In this document: in pieces, positions 27,911 to 35,400 of the stretch
Layout: each line of letters begins with the position of its first letter
Position numbering within the stretch: the first letter of the stretch is position 1
Notes under the pieces: generated by a model
Database searches by the model: none
What the model saw: only the letters and a program-made list of their open reading frames with translations
Told to the model about the DNA's origin: nothing
Program-made: the position numbers and the translations under genes
Source of the DNA: a virus
Lineage: Duplodnaviria; Caudoviricetes
DNA length: 41,467 nt
Virus record (IMG/VR): IMGVR_UViG_3300036798_000159
Coordinates: 1 to 41,467 of that record
Strand: one strand, 5' to 3'

Positions 27911-28156
27911 CTATTTCTTGAAGGCTTCCCGGTAGGTCTTGGCGTCTACGATTTGGACCGCGACGATTTCGTGGTCGTAGTAGTCGCCAGCGTTGCGGGC
28001 GGCGCCAGCGGCGGACGTTGAAAAGCTGGGGAGGCGGTCAACGCGCTTGCCGTCGCGGAATTTCACGGCGGCGTGGGTGAAGCCGTAATCATTCTGCGAG
28101 GCGCGGCCAACGGGTTCGCCAGCCTTCGTGAAACCTAGGTAATGGGTCTTAGTCAT
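27911..28156 (-). CDS. Hypothetical protein (first gene of the leftward operon)
   Basis: MTKTHYLGF..., 81 aa; GGAG RBS. Confidence 0.65.
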   Translation of the reverse strand: MTKTHYLGFTKAGEPVGRASQNDYGFTHAAVKFRDGKRVDRLPSFSTSAAGAARNAGDYYDHEIVAVQIVDAKTYREAFKK

Positions 28157-28253
28157 TGGGTGTTCTCCGTGTGCGGGTTGTCTCAAGCGCCCGGCAAAAC
28201 AGGCGATTGAGAAACCCGGCGGCGCCTGTCACGCGCCGCGCGGTTTTCATTTG

Positions 28254-28363
28254 GGCCTTCCCTTCTCTCAGCCGGTTCCGTGCGCTTTCCGTCGCGCTTC
28301 CGTCTTTCACGGTTCGTCCGTCACTGAGCCTTTTGGGAAGGCCTCGTTTCACAATGTCAAAGA
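28254..28363 (-). promoter_or_regulatory. Structured operon leader with boxA-like element
   Basis: TCTTTGACATTGT followed by a GGCCTTCCC/GGGAAGGCC stem enclosing four ACGGA motifs. Confidence 0.5.
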
Positions 28364-28877
28364 TCACTTGCCCTCGTGGGCGGCGGTCCGGTCAACTCCG
28401 CCGCTACCGCGACGGGAGCTAATATCTACACTGTCACTGTGTATGTGTATACCCCTCCAGTGTCGCACCCTGTGTCGCACCTAAGCCGCGCGTCGCGCCT
28501 CGTGTGCGGAGCGCGCGGCAAGGCTGCTTAGGCTCCAGGGAAGCCGCTGGAGGCCTGCGGCGCAGGCTGGCGGAGGCAGGGTCACGGAATGTGATTGGAC
28601 GCTAAAACAGACGTCCTAGCAGGTTGGGCGCGCGCGCTGCTTTCCGTGCCTTCGACTCTCGGTCCGCCGGACCGATCGACCCGTCGCCGTCCGGTCCGGT
28701 CCAGGCGCATCGCTCCGGGAGCGTTTGGTTTCCCTCGGCGAAGGCCTGATCCTGGCCATTTTCCCCTCAATCTTCCCTCGGCGCTGGCCTGCGGCTGGCG
28801 GCGCCTGGGGTGGGTGAAATCTCCAGGAGGGGCGCCCCGTCCGGTGCTAGGGCCACGGGGGGTGGGGGGCCATGAAT

Positions 28878-28903
28878 TTGACCTACCCCTCCCGCGCTAT
28901 AAC
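28878..28903 (+). promoter_or_regulatory. Sigma70-type promoter TTGACC...GCTATAAC
   Basis: Fits the Caulobacter-type TTGAC / GCTANAWC consensus; upstream of the peptide gene. Confidence 0.5.
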
Positions 28904-28945
28904 CTGCGCGCGCGTGATCGTTGCAATCCGCTACCGGAGGACACG

Positions 28946-29092
28946 ATGGACAAGCCAAAGCCGTTGCCGCCGCTCGACGTGGTGTTGTCGAGCGTGGCGA
29001 TCCGCCGGATTATTGAAGAGGTGCGGGCTGACGAGCTGGACCCGCAGCCGGGCCGCTATAATCGGGTCTACACCCGGCATAACCGGAGCTGA
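28946..29092 (+). CDS. Putative triceptide (YhhA-like cyclophane RiPP) precursor peptide
   Basis: 48 aa; GGAGG RBS; leader S.AIRRIIEEVR and core YNRVYTRHNRS. Confidence 0.65.
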   Translation: MDKPKPLPPLDVVLSSVAIRRIIEEVRADELDPQPGRYNRVYTRHNRS

Positions 29093-29161
29093 CTCCGCGC
29101 GCACGTAATGTTGCAATCCGCTACTGCCGGCGCCAGCCTAGGCGACCGGAGGAAACCCGCG

Positions 29162-29410
29162 ATGACCTATTACGAGTGTCCGGCCTGCCAGTGGGGTTGT
29201 GTCCTGAACCTGCATACCGACGCGCCGCTGGGGTGCCCGCTCTGCCTGGAGGACAATGGCCGTTTCGTGCGCCTTGAAGGCCGCCCGGCGACGGCAAGCG
29301 ATAAGCCGGAAGGACCGGATGAGCGCCTAATCCTCAGCGTTGATCCTGCGATTGAGGGCGCGTTTGTGATGCTTGATCCCGCCACGGGAAAATTCGTCAC
29401 GCGCATGTGA
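29162..29410 (+). CDS. Zn-ribbon protein
   Basis: YECPACQ...CPLCLED; GGAGG RBS. Confidence 0.65.
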   Translation: MTYYECPACQWGCVLNLHTDAPLGCPLCLEDNGRFVRLEGRPATASDKPEGPDERLILSVDPAIEGAFVMLDPATGKFVTRM

Positions 29411-29621
29411 ATGTATCAATCGGCTACTCGGCGTAAGCTCGCCGCGTGCGGGTGACAGCGCACGTCATGGGAAATACCCCAAGTTGAACGGAAGCGCGTC
29501 GGGCGGATCAACCCGGCGCGCTTTTGCGTAAGGGTAGGCGGACCGCAACCCCCAACGACACGCCGGTCCGCTTAGAGGGTCGGGAGTCAATGCCAACCCG
29601 CCTCCTGGCCCTCGCCTGCCT

Positions 29622-29993
29622 TCAGGCCGCATCCGGCTCCGGCGGCTCCGGGGTGTCCTTGGCCTGCGCTTCATTGGCCAGCCTGCCGATCGCGCTCCAG
29701 GCGAATTTGTCGAGTTCATCTTGCAGCCGCATCACCCGCACGCGGTCGTTGATCGCCATAGGCGCGGCCTTCGCCAGCGTGTCGAGCTGGCCGAACATCA
29801 GGTTGGCGCCTGCGTAAAAGCAGGTGCGCATTGCGGTCAAGGCGCCGGGGCCAAGGGTTTGCGGGAACGTCCGCCGCAGGTGCAACCATTCAGCTTCGAT
29901 CAGCTTGCTTTGTTGGCGAGCCTCGTTTTCCAGGCGTTGCAAGAATTCGTTGCTGGCCACGCTTGCCTCCAGGTTTCGCCTGGTTAGTATCAC
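29622..29993 (-). CDS. Hypothetical phage protein
   Basis: 123 aa; MR.CFYAGA motif. Confidence 0.6.
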   Translation of the reverse strand: MILTRRNLEASVASNEFLQRLENEARQQSKLIEAEWLHLRRTFPQTLGPGALTAMRTCFYAGANLMFGQLDTLAKAAPMAINDRVRVMRLQDELDKFAWSAIGRLANEAQAKDTPEPPEPDAA

Positions 29994-30106
29994 GTTGCTC
30001 CCAGCCTATGGAGAGCTATGAGGTTGAGACAGACTCCCCCGCCGGGGCGGCTCTTTTCCGAGCCCTCGGAACGCCCTCCAAACCCGGCGGGGGGATTTTC
30101 AAAGAG

Positions 30107-30129
30107 CTGGCGGCCTAAGTGATCACTCG
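30107..30129 (+). promoter_or_regulatory. Putative late promoter CTGGCG-N7-TGATCACTCG
   Basis: Upstream of the head operon; ATG at 30144. Confidence 0.5.
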
Positions 30130-30143
30130 TATCGCTGGCCGCT

Positions 30144-30491
30144 ATGTCCAAGCCCGAACCTGAATCCAAGCACGATCGCGACCATGATCGTCACCCGCAT
30201 CCGAAGCCGCGTCACGGTCTGCCGGACGCCGAGCTGGCGAGCTTCGCCCGGCTGCTGATTGAGATTTGGCAGAGCGGAATTCCAGGGAGCTACCTGGATA
30301 GCGCGGGCGGGAATTGGTCGATTGTGCCGATCCGCGACGCGGAGGCGCGGCTTGAGGCGCATCGTTATCTGCTGGATGCGGAGGGCGAGCCGGAGCTGGC
30401 CGGAAGCCTCGTGGTGCATCAGCCGCAGTTTGCAGTGGATGCGCCGGAGACACCGATTGCCGCCCGCATCCTGGCCGTGACGAGCGCCTGA
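30144..30491 (+). CDS. Hypothetical protein upstream of portal
   Basis: 115 aa with His/Asp-rich N-terminus. Confidence 0.55.
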   Translation: MSKPEPESKHDRDHDRHPHPKPRHGLPDAELASFARLLIEIWQSGIPGSYLDSAGGNWSIVPIRDAEARLEAHRYLLDAEGEPELAGSLVVHQPQFAVDAPETPIAARILAVTSA

Positions 30492-30656
30492 TGCGTCTCT
30501 GGTGGCAGACGTCACCGGAGCGGCTGCAACGCCGCTATGAGGCCAGCCGTCGGGCGTGGCGAGAGTCGCATCCGTTGATTCCGGGATCGAGCTGGACGCC
30601 CCCGCCGGGACACCCCCGCGAAGCCGAGTTCCTTGGCCAGCCTGCGGATCGCCCGC

Positions 30657-32771
30657 ATGAGTGACGCGCCAACCCGTGGGCCGCAGTTCGACGCCGCGCC
30701 GACTCCGGTGACGCCCGAAAATGACGATGACGAGCTGCTGGAACGCTTCGCCGATTGGCAGGTGAAGTTGGATGGCCATTGGAGCCAGTGGCGGCAAGGC
30801 GCCCGGCTTTCCTATGCGTTCGTCGCCGGGGATCAGTGGACCGACGAAGAGAAGAGCCAGATGGATTCCGCCGCGAAAATCGCGGTGACGTTCAATCTGA
30901 CCGGTCCGGTGATTGATGCGGTGCAGGGCGCCGAGATTCAGAACCGCCAACAGGTGCAGTTCTATCCGCGCGAGGTCGGCGACACCGGCGTGTCGGACGT
31001 ACTGACGCAGGGCGCCGACTATGTGACCGAAGAGTGCAACGGCGATCAGGAGGATTCAGAATCCTTCTGGGATTGTCTCGTTTGCGGTCTGGGCTGGACG
31101 GAGACGCGCCCGGAAATCGACGGCGATCAGGTGCGCTTGCTGAAAGAGCGGGTGGACCCGTTGCAAATGTTCCCGGACCCTTCGGCGCGCAAACGCTGTC
31201 TGGAGGACATGCGCTATGTGAAGCGCGAAATCCCGATGTCGAAAGACGAGTTCGATGACTTCAAAGAGGAAATCGGGCGCGAGGATTTAGACGAAGACCT
31301 GGACGGTATGGACCCGAGCGGCAAACGAGTCACAATCGTCAATCCCTCGGTCCGCTACACCCATGGGCTGTTGGGGACCGATCCCGACGAAGACGCGGTA
31401 ATCGTCTGCGAATGGCAATGGTGGGACCGTGAGCCGGTGATGCTGGCCGGGGTTCCTGATCCGCAAACCGGCGTGGTGAAAATCACCCAAATGTCGCCGG
31501 ACGAGCTGAAACAGGCGCAGGCGGCGGACCCCACGCTCCGCTACTCGAAATCCCACAAGAAGGTCTATTACCGGGCCTTCGCCACCGACACGGAAGTGTT
31601 GTTCAAGGAACAGCTTCGCGAGAACGATTTCCGTTACAAGCCGATCACCGGCAAGCGCGATCGCAACAACGGGACGTGGTACGGGCTGGTCAAGGCGATG
31701 ATGGACCCGCAGCGGTTCACCAATAAGCTTTACTCGGAAATCCTCCACATCATCCGCACCAACGCCAACGGCGGCATGGCCTTGGAAGAGGACGCGGTGG
31801 AGGACATTCGCCAGTTTGAATCCACTTGGGCGGCGACGGATCGGATCACATGGCTGAAGTCGGGCGCGCTCTCCGGCGCCCACGGGTCGAAAATGGCCCC
31901 GAAGACCCCGCCGACCATCCAGCCCGCGCTTTTTCAATTGATGGATTTCGCACAGTCGATGGTGAAGGCCACCACTGGCGTGAACGAAGAGATTCTTGGG
32001 CTGGTGGGCCGCGAACAGGCGGGCGTCCTGGAGCAACAGCGCAAACAGGCGGCCTATGGAATCCTATCCGCCTTCTTTGATGCAAAACGCCGCTATCAGC
32101 GGGAGCAAGGCAAGTTGTTGCTGGCGCAGATGCGCGTCTATTTCCCGCCCGACAAGCTGGTGCGGATCGTGGATCAGGGGTCGGCGCAGTATGTGCAGCT
32201 CGCGACGGCTCTGGAGACGCAGGAATACGATATCGTGGTGGACGAGGCGCCTGCCGGGCCGGATCAAAAGGCCAAGGTCATGCAGGTGCTGATGCCGCTG
32301 CTGCCGCAGCTCCTGGATGCCGGGTTGATCGGGCCGCAGGCGCTCGCCGATGTGATCCCTTACCTGCCGATCCCGGCGGCGGTGGCGAACAAGCTGGCGC
32401 AAGCGATCATGCAGCAAATGCAGATGCAGCAAACGCCGAACCCGGTGGCGCAACAAATGGGCGCCGCCGAGCTGGAGAACAAACAGGCGGATACAGCGAA
32501 GAAGGGCGCAGATGCGCAGCTCGCCACCGCCAAGGCGTTCAACGTCACCACCGACGCCCACGGCAAGCACATGGGGTTCATGGCGGGGGTCAAGCACAAC
32601 GAGGCGCCCGGCTGGGCGCCACCGGCGCCGCCGATGAATGTGGGCGTTGGGCCGCAGCCGGGCGGTCCGCAAGCCAGCTCGCCCGCGCAAGTTGGGCCGC
32701 AGGCGCCGGGCGTGGCTCCGAACGCGCCTCCAGGCGGCCCGCCGCAACCGGGCGGGATACCGCCGCAGTAG
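30657..32771 (+). CDS. Portal protein, P22-like
   Basis: F.AGDQW, TFNL..P.ID.V.G.E..NR, GLV..M.DPQR..NK..S; Gln/Pro-rich C-terminus. Confidence 0.92.
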   Translation: MSDAPTRGPQFDAAPTPVTPENDDDELLERFADWQVKLDGHWSQWRQGARLSYAFVAGDQWTDEEKSQMDSAAKIAVTFNLTGPVIDAVQGAEIQNRQQVQFYPREVGDTGVSDVLTQGADYVTEECNGDQEDSESFWDCLVCGLGWTETRPEIDGDQVRLLKERVDPLQMFPDPSARKRCLEDMRYVKREIPMSKDEFDDFKEEIGREDLDEDLDGMDPSGKRVTIVNPSVRYTHGLLGTDPDEDAVIVCEWQWWDREPVMLAGVPDPQTGVVKITQMSPDELKQAQAADPTLRYSKSHKKVYYRAFATDTEVLFKEQLRENDFRYKPITGKRDRNNGTWYGLVKAMMDPQRFTNKLYSEILHIIRTNANGGMALEEDAVEDIRQFESTWAATDRITWLKSGALSGAHGSKMAPKTPPTIQPALFQLMDFAQSMVKATTGVNEEILGLVGREQAGVLEQQRKQAAYGILSAFFDAKRRYQREQGKLLLAQMRVYFPPDKLVRIVDQGSAQYVQLATALETQEYDIVVDEAPAGPDQKAKVMQVLMPLLPQLLDAGLIGPQALADVIPYLPIPAAVANKLAQAIMQQMQMQQTPNPVAQQMGAAELENKQADTAKKGADAQLATAKAFNVTTDAHGKHMGFMAGVKHNEAPGWAPPAPPMNVGVGPQPGGPQASSPAQVGPQAPGVAPNAPPGGPPQPGGIPPQ

Positions 32772-32784
32772 GAAAGCCAACGCG

Positions 32785-33645
32785 ATGAGTGAAGCCCGCG
32801 ACGCCGATCAGGAGTTTGATGATGGCCAAGAAAATGAAGACGCCGAATCCGTTTCAGAAGAGCGCGAAGACGGCGACGACGGCGACGACGAAGGCGAATC
32901 CGCCCGGCCTGCTGCAAAACCTGTCGATTGGGAAAATAAATCCCATTCTTATGCCGGGCAAGCCGCCGCCGAGCGGTCCCGTCGCCACGCGGCGGAGAAG
33001 CGGGCGAATGAGCTAGAAACCCGCCTGGAGGCGCTGGAATCCCGCACCGGCGGCGATCCTGACGAGCTGCTGGCGCTGATTGGCCACCTGCGGGACGATG
33101 AAGACGATCCGGTGGGCGATATCGCGGCGGTGAAGCGGGCGTTGAAGCTGTTTCGGCAACGCGAAATGGGCTCCGTCGAGGAAACCCGTGCGCAGGTGAA
33201 GGCCAATCGCGAAGTCGAGGCGGTGAAAAGCTCGATGGCGGACGCCGAACAGGATTTCGCGCTGGAACACCCGGACTATCACGAGGCGGCGCAGTTTTAT
33301 CGCAAGGATCGCACCGAAGAGCTTCAGGAATTGGGCTATCGCGGCGACGCGCTGATGGCCAAGCTTAGCCAAGACCTGTTTGGGCTGGTGCGGACCGCGT
33401 TCGCATCGGGGATGGACCCGGCGGAGCGGGTTTATAAGCTGGCGGCCAAGCGCGGCTTCAAGCCCGGCGGCAGGGCGGCGGACAAGAAGTTGGACGCGTT
33501 GGATCGCGCTGGCCAAACCGGAATCAGGCCGCAGGCGCGCTCTGTCGCCGGGGTGTTGACTTGGGCCGATGTCGCCAAGCTGGACGGCGCTGCGCGCGAC
33601 AAGGCGTGGGCCAAGCTTCGGGATCGCGAGCGCGCCCGTAAATGA
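32785..33645 (+). CDS. Capsid scaffolding protein
   Basis: Acidic N-terminus, coiled coil, HPDY, DPAERVYKLA..RG; lies between portal and MCP. Confidence 0.75.
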   Translation: MSEARDADQEFDDGQENEDAESVSEEREDGDDGDDEGESARPAAKPVDWENKSHSYAGQAAAERSRRHAAEKRANELETRLEALESRTGGDPDELLALIGHLRDDEDDPVGDIAAVKRALKLFRQREMGSVEETRAQVKANREVEAVKSSMADAEQDFALEHPDYHEAAQFYRKDRTEELQELGYRGDALMAKLSQDLFGLVRTAFASGMDPAERVYKLAAKRGFKPGGRAADKKLDALDRAGQTGIRPQARSVAGVLTWADVAKLDGAARDKAWAKLRDRERARK

Positions 33646-33725
33646 GGTGGGGCTGGCCTTGGGTGGTGGCGATCGCCTTCCTGGCCGGGCTGACGATCGG
33701 CGTGCTGCTGGCGGGGACGGCGTGA
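33642..33725 (+). CDS. 27-aa single-TM peptide (not in ORF track)
   Basis: MRWGWPWVVAIAFLAGLTIGVLLAGTA; ATGA and GTGA overlaps with both neighbours. Confidence 0.55.
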   Translation: MRWGWPWVVAIAFLAGLTIGVLLAGTA

Positions 33726-33937
33726 CGCAGGACGAGGATACTTATGTCCAGGCGGCGGGCATTGCCGATCGGCTGTTGGCGCAGGGCCTGCCGCTTTTGG
33801 GGTTCGCGTCGGTGGACCTGGGCGCCAAAGCTTTATTTACGATCCAGGACGGGGACGGTCGCTGTTGGGCGTTCCGGGTTCCGCGTGAGAATTTGAAGCT
33901 GGAAAGCGTCGAGGAAATGGTGCGGGCGTACTTGTGA
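33722..33937 (+). CDS. Hypothetical protein
   Basis: 71 aa from GTG 33722. Confidence 0.55.
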   Translation: MTQDEDTYVQAAGIADRLLAQGLPLLGFASVDLGAKALFTIQDGDGRCWAFRVPRENLKLESVEEMVRAYL

Positions 33938-34116
33938 CGCCGCACGTCGCGGGCTATCTCAGAAGCGTTCCTGTGTGTGGGAAACAAGCCGCCTGCGGCC
34001 TCGTGATCGGGAAACCGCTCGGGCGCCGCAGGCGGTGGGTCCGCTCCTGGTGAGCTGGGCCGCCGCTGAATAGCGTACTCGGGCGCGAAATCCCCCCCAC
34101 GGGCGCCCGTCGTCAC
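33934..34116 (+). ncRNA. Candidate structured non-coding RNA with a GUGUGU loop
   Basis: Nested stems GTGACG/CGTCAC, GCTAT-TCAG/CTGA-ATAGC, CCGCCTGCGG/CCGCAGGCGG with CGG-GAAA-CCG, and TTCCT-GTGTGT-GGGAA. Confidence 0.5.
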
Positions 34117-34152
34117 TCTCCCCCTCGGCGTCGGCCCCTTCTCCCTCAAAAC

Positions 34153-34175
34153 TTGACGCCCTGATTGATCACTCC
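34153..34175 (+). promoter_or_regulatory. Putative late promoter TTGACG-N7-TGATCACTCC
   Basis: Upstream of the major capsid gene; a second TGATCAC follows at 34182. Confidence 0.6.
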
Positions 34176-34320
34176 AACGGGTGATCACGCCTAGGCCTTG
34201 CCTGGGTTCTGCTTGGCCAGCACACAACCGGCCATTTCGCCTCGCGGGAGCGCATTTCCCGCCGCCGGGACCGCACGCGACGCGGTGAAGCCAATTCCCT
34301 TCACCCCACGAGGCGCGGCA

Positions 34321-35391
34321 ATGGCCGGAACCGTTTATGGCGTGAATGCTCCTGAAGCTGTGAAGCTTTGGAGGTCACAACTCGCACGGGAAGCTCTGAA
34401 AGCGACCTGGATTCAAAAGTTTATCGGCGATACCTCGGATGACATTATCCAGGTGTACGACGAAACCGGCAAAAGCGCTGGCGATCGCGTGACGGTCACG
34501 CTGCGGATGCAGTTGAACGGCGATGGTGTCGCCGGAGACGGCACGCTGGAAGGCAATGAAGAGGCGCTGACCACGTTCACCGACAACCTGTTTGTCGATC
34601 AGCTCCGCCACGCGGTCCGCTCCGGCGGCAAGATGACGGAGCAACGCATTCCCTGGAAAATCCGGGAAGAGGCCATGATGGGCCTGAAAGATTGGTGGGC
34701 GGGCCGTTTGGATACGGCTTTTTTCAATCAGCTCTCCGGCTACACGCCTGCGGTGGACGTCCGCTATACCGGCATGAATGCGGTGATCGCCCCGGACGCC
34801 AACCACATCGCCCGTCCGAACGCCAAGGCGTCGGATCAGGCGTTAGCGGCGGGCGATGAAATGTCCCTGGCGCTGATCGACAAGCTGGTGGAGAGCGCCA
34901 AGCTGGGATCGACCACGGGGACGGGTCCGGTGATCCGGCCTGTGACGGTGGATGGTGAGGACCACTATGTCGTGGTCATGCACACGCGTCAGGTGACGCA
35001 GATGCGGACCAATATCGCCACCGGCCAATGGTTGGATATCCAGAAGGCCGCGACCCAAGGCGACGGCTCCAGCAAGAACCCGATCTTTACCGGGGCGCTG
35101 GGGGTCTACAACGGCGCCGTGCTGCACGAGAGCACGCGGGTGACGAACGGGGTGGACTCCGGCTCCGGCGCCGCCGTGTTGACGGCGCGGCGGGCGATCC
35201 TGCTGGGGGCGCAGGCGGCAAGCATCGGCTTCGGCCAAGGCCAATCGTTCAAAAACTTCGATTGGAACGAAGAGCTGTTCGACTACGGAAACCAACTCGG
35301 CGTCGAGGCCGGGCTGATCCACGGTCTGAAGAAGCTCCGGTTCAACGCGCAGGACTTCGGCGTCATCGTCGGGTCCACGTTCACGAATTAG
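34321..35391 (+). CDS. Major capsid protein (N4-gp56/DUF4043-like)
   Basis: AVKLW, K.AGDRVT..L...L.G.GV.GD..LEGNEE.L, DQLRHAV, NPIFTGALG.YNG, W.EE.FDYGN, KK.RFN..DFGVI. Confidence 0.92.
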   Translation: MAGTVYGVNAPEAVKLWRSQLAREALKATWIQKFIGDTSDDIIQVYDETGKSAGDRVTVTLRMQLNGDGVAGDGTLEGNEEALTTFTDNLFVDQLRHAVRSGGKMTEQRIPWKIREEAMMGLKDWWAGRLDTAFFNQLSGYTPAVDVRYTGMNAVIAPDANHIARPNAKASDQALAAGDEMSLALIDKLVESAKLGSTTGTGPVIRPVTVDGEDHYVVVMHTRQVTQMRTNIATGQWLDIQKAATQGDGSSKNPIFTGALGVYNGAVLHESTRVTNGVDSGSGAAVLTARRAILLGAQAASIGFGQGQSFKNFDWNEELFDYGNQLGVEAGLIHGLKKLRFNAQDFGVIVGSTFTN

Positions 35392-35400
35392 GAGGGTCGA

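Larger units (their letters stand above)
28907..29427 (+). repeat. Three dispersed ~28 bp repeats (core GTTGCAATCCGCTAC) bracketing two small genes
   Basis: Copies at 28907-28934 and 29096-29124 share an identical 15-bp core; 29400-29427 is degenerate. Confidence 0.7.

Noticed and set aside
6968-28177. CA motif as plain CsrA sites, microsatellite or Chi/KOPS-like signal
   Set aside because: Only some copies fit ANGGA; the fixed position relative to start codons argues against random or DNA-polarity motifs, though this is not fully excluded
28595-28945. 165-aa ORF as listed in the track
   Set aside because: The upstream part is low-complexity; the promoter and RBS support the 48-aa product from ATG 28946
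28907-29427. CRISPR or TIGR-like array
   Set aside because: Only three copies, intervals of about 160 and 275 bp that contain ORFs, and no cas or Nop-domain gene seen
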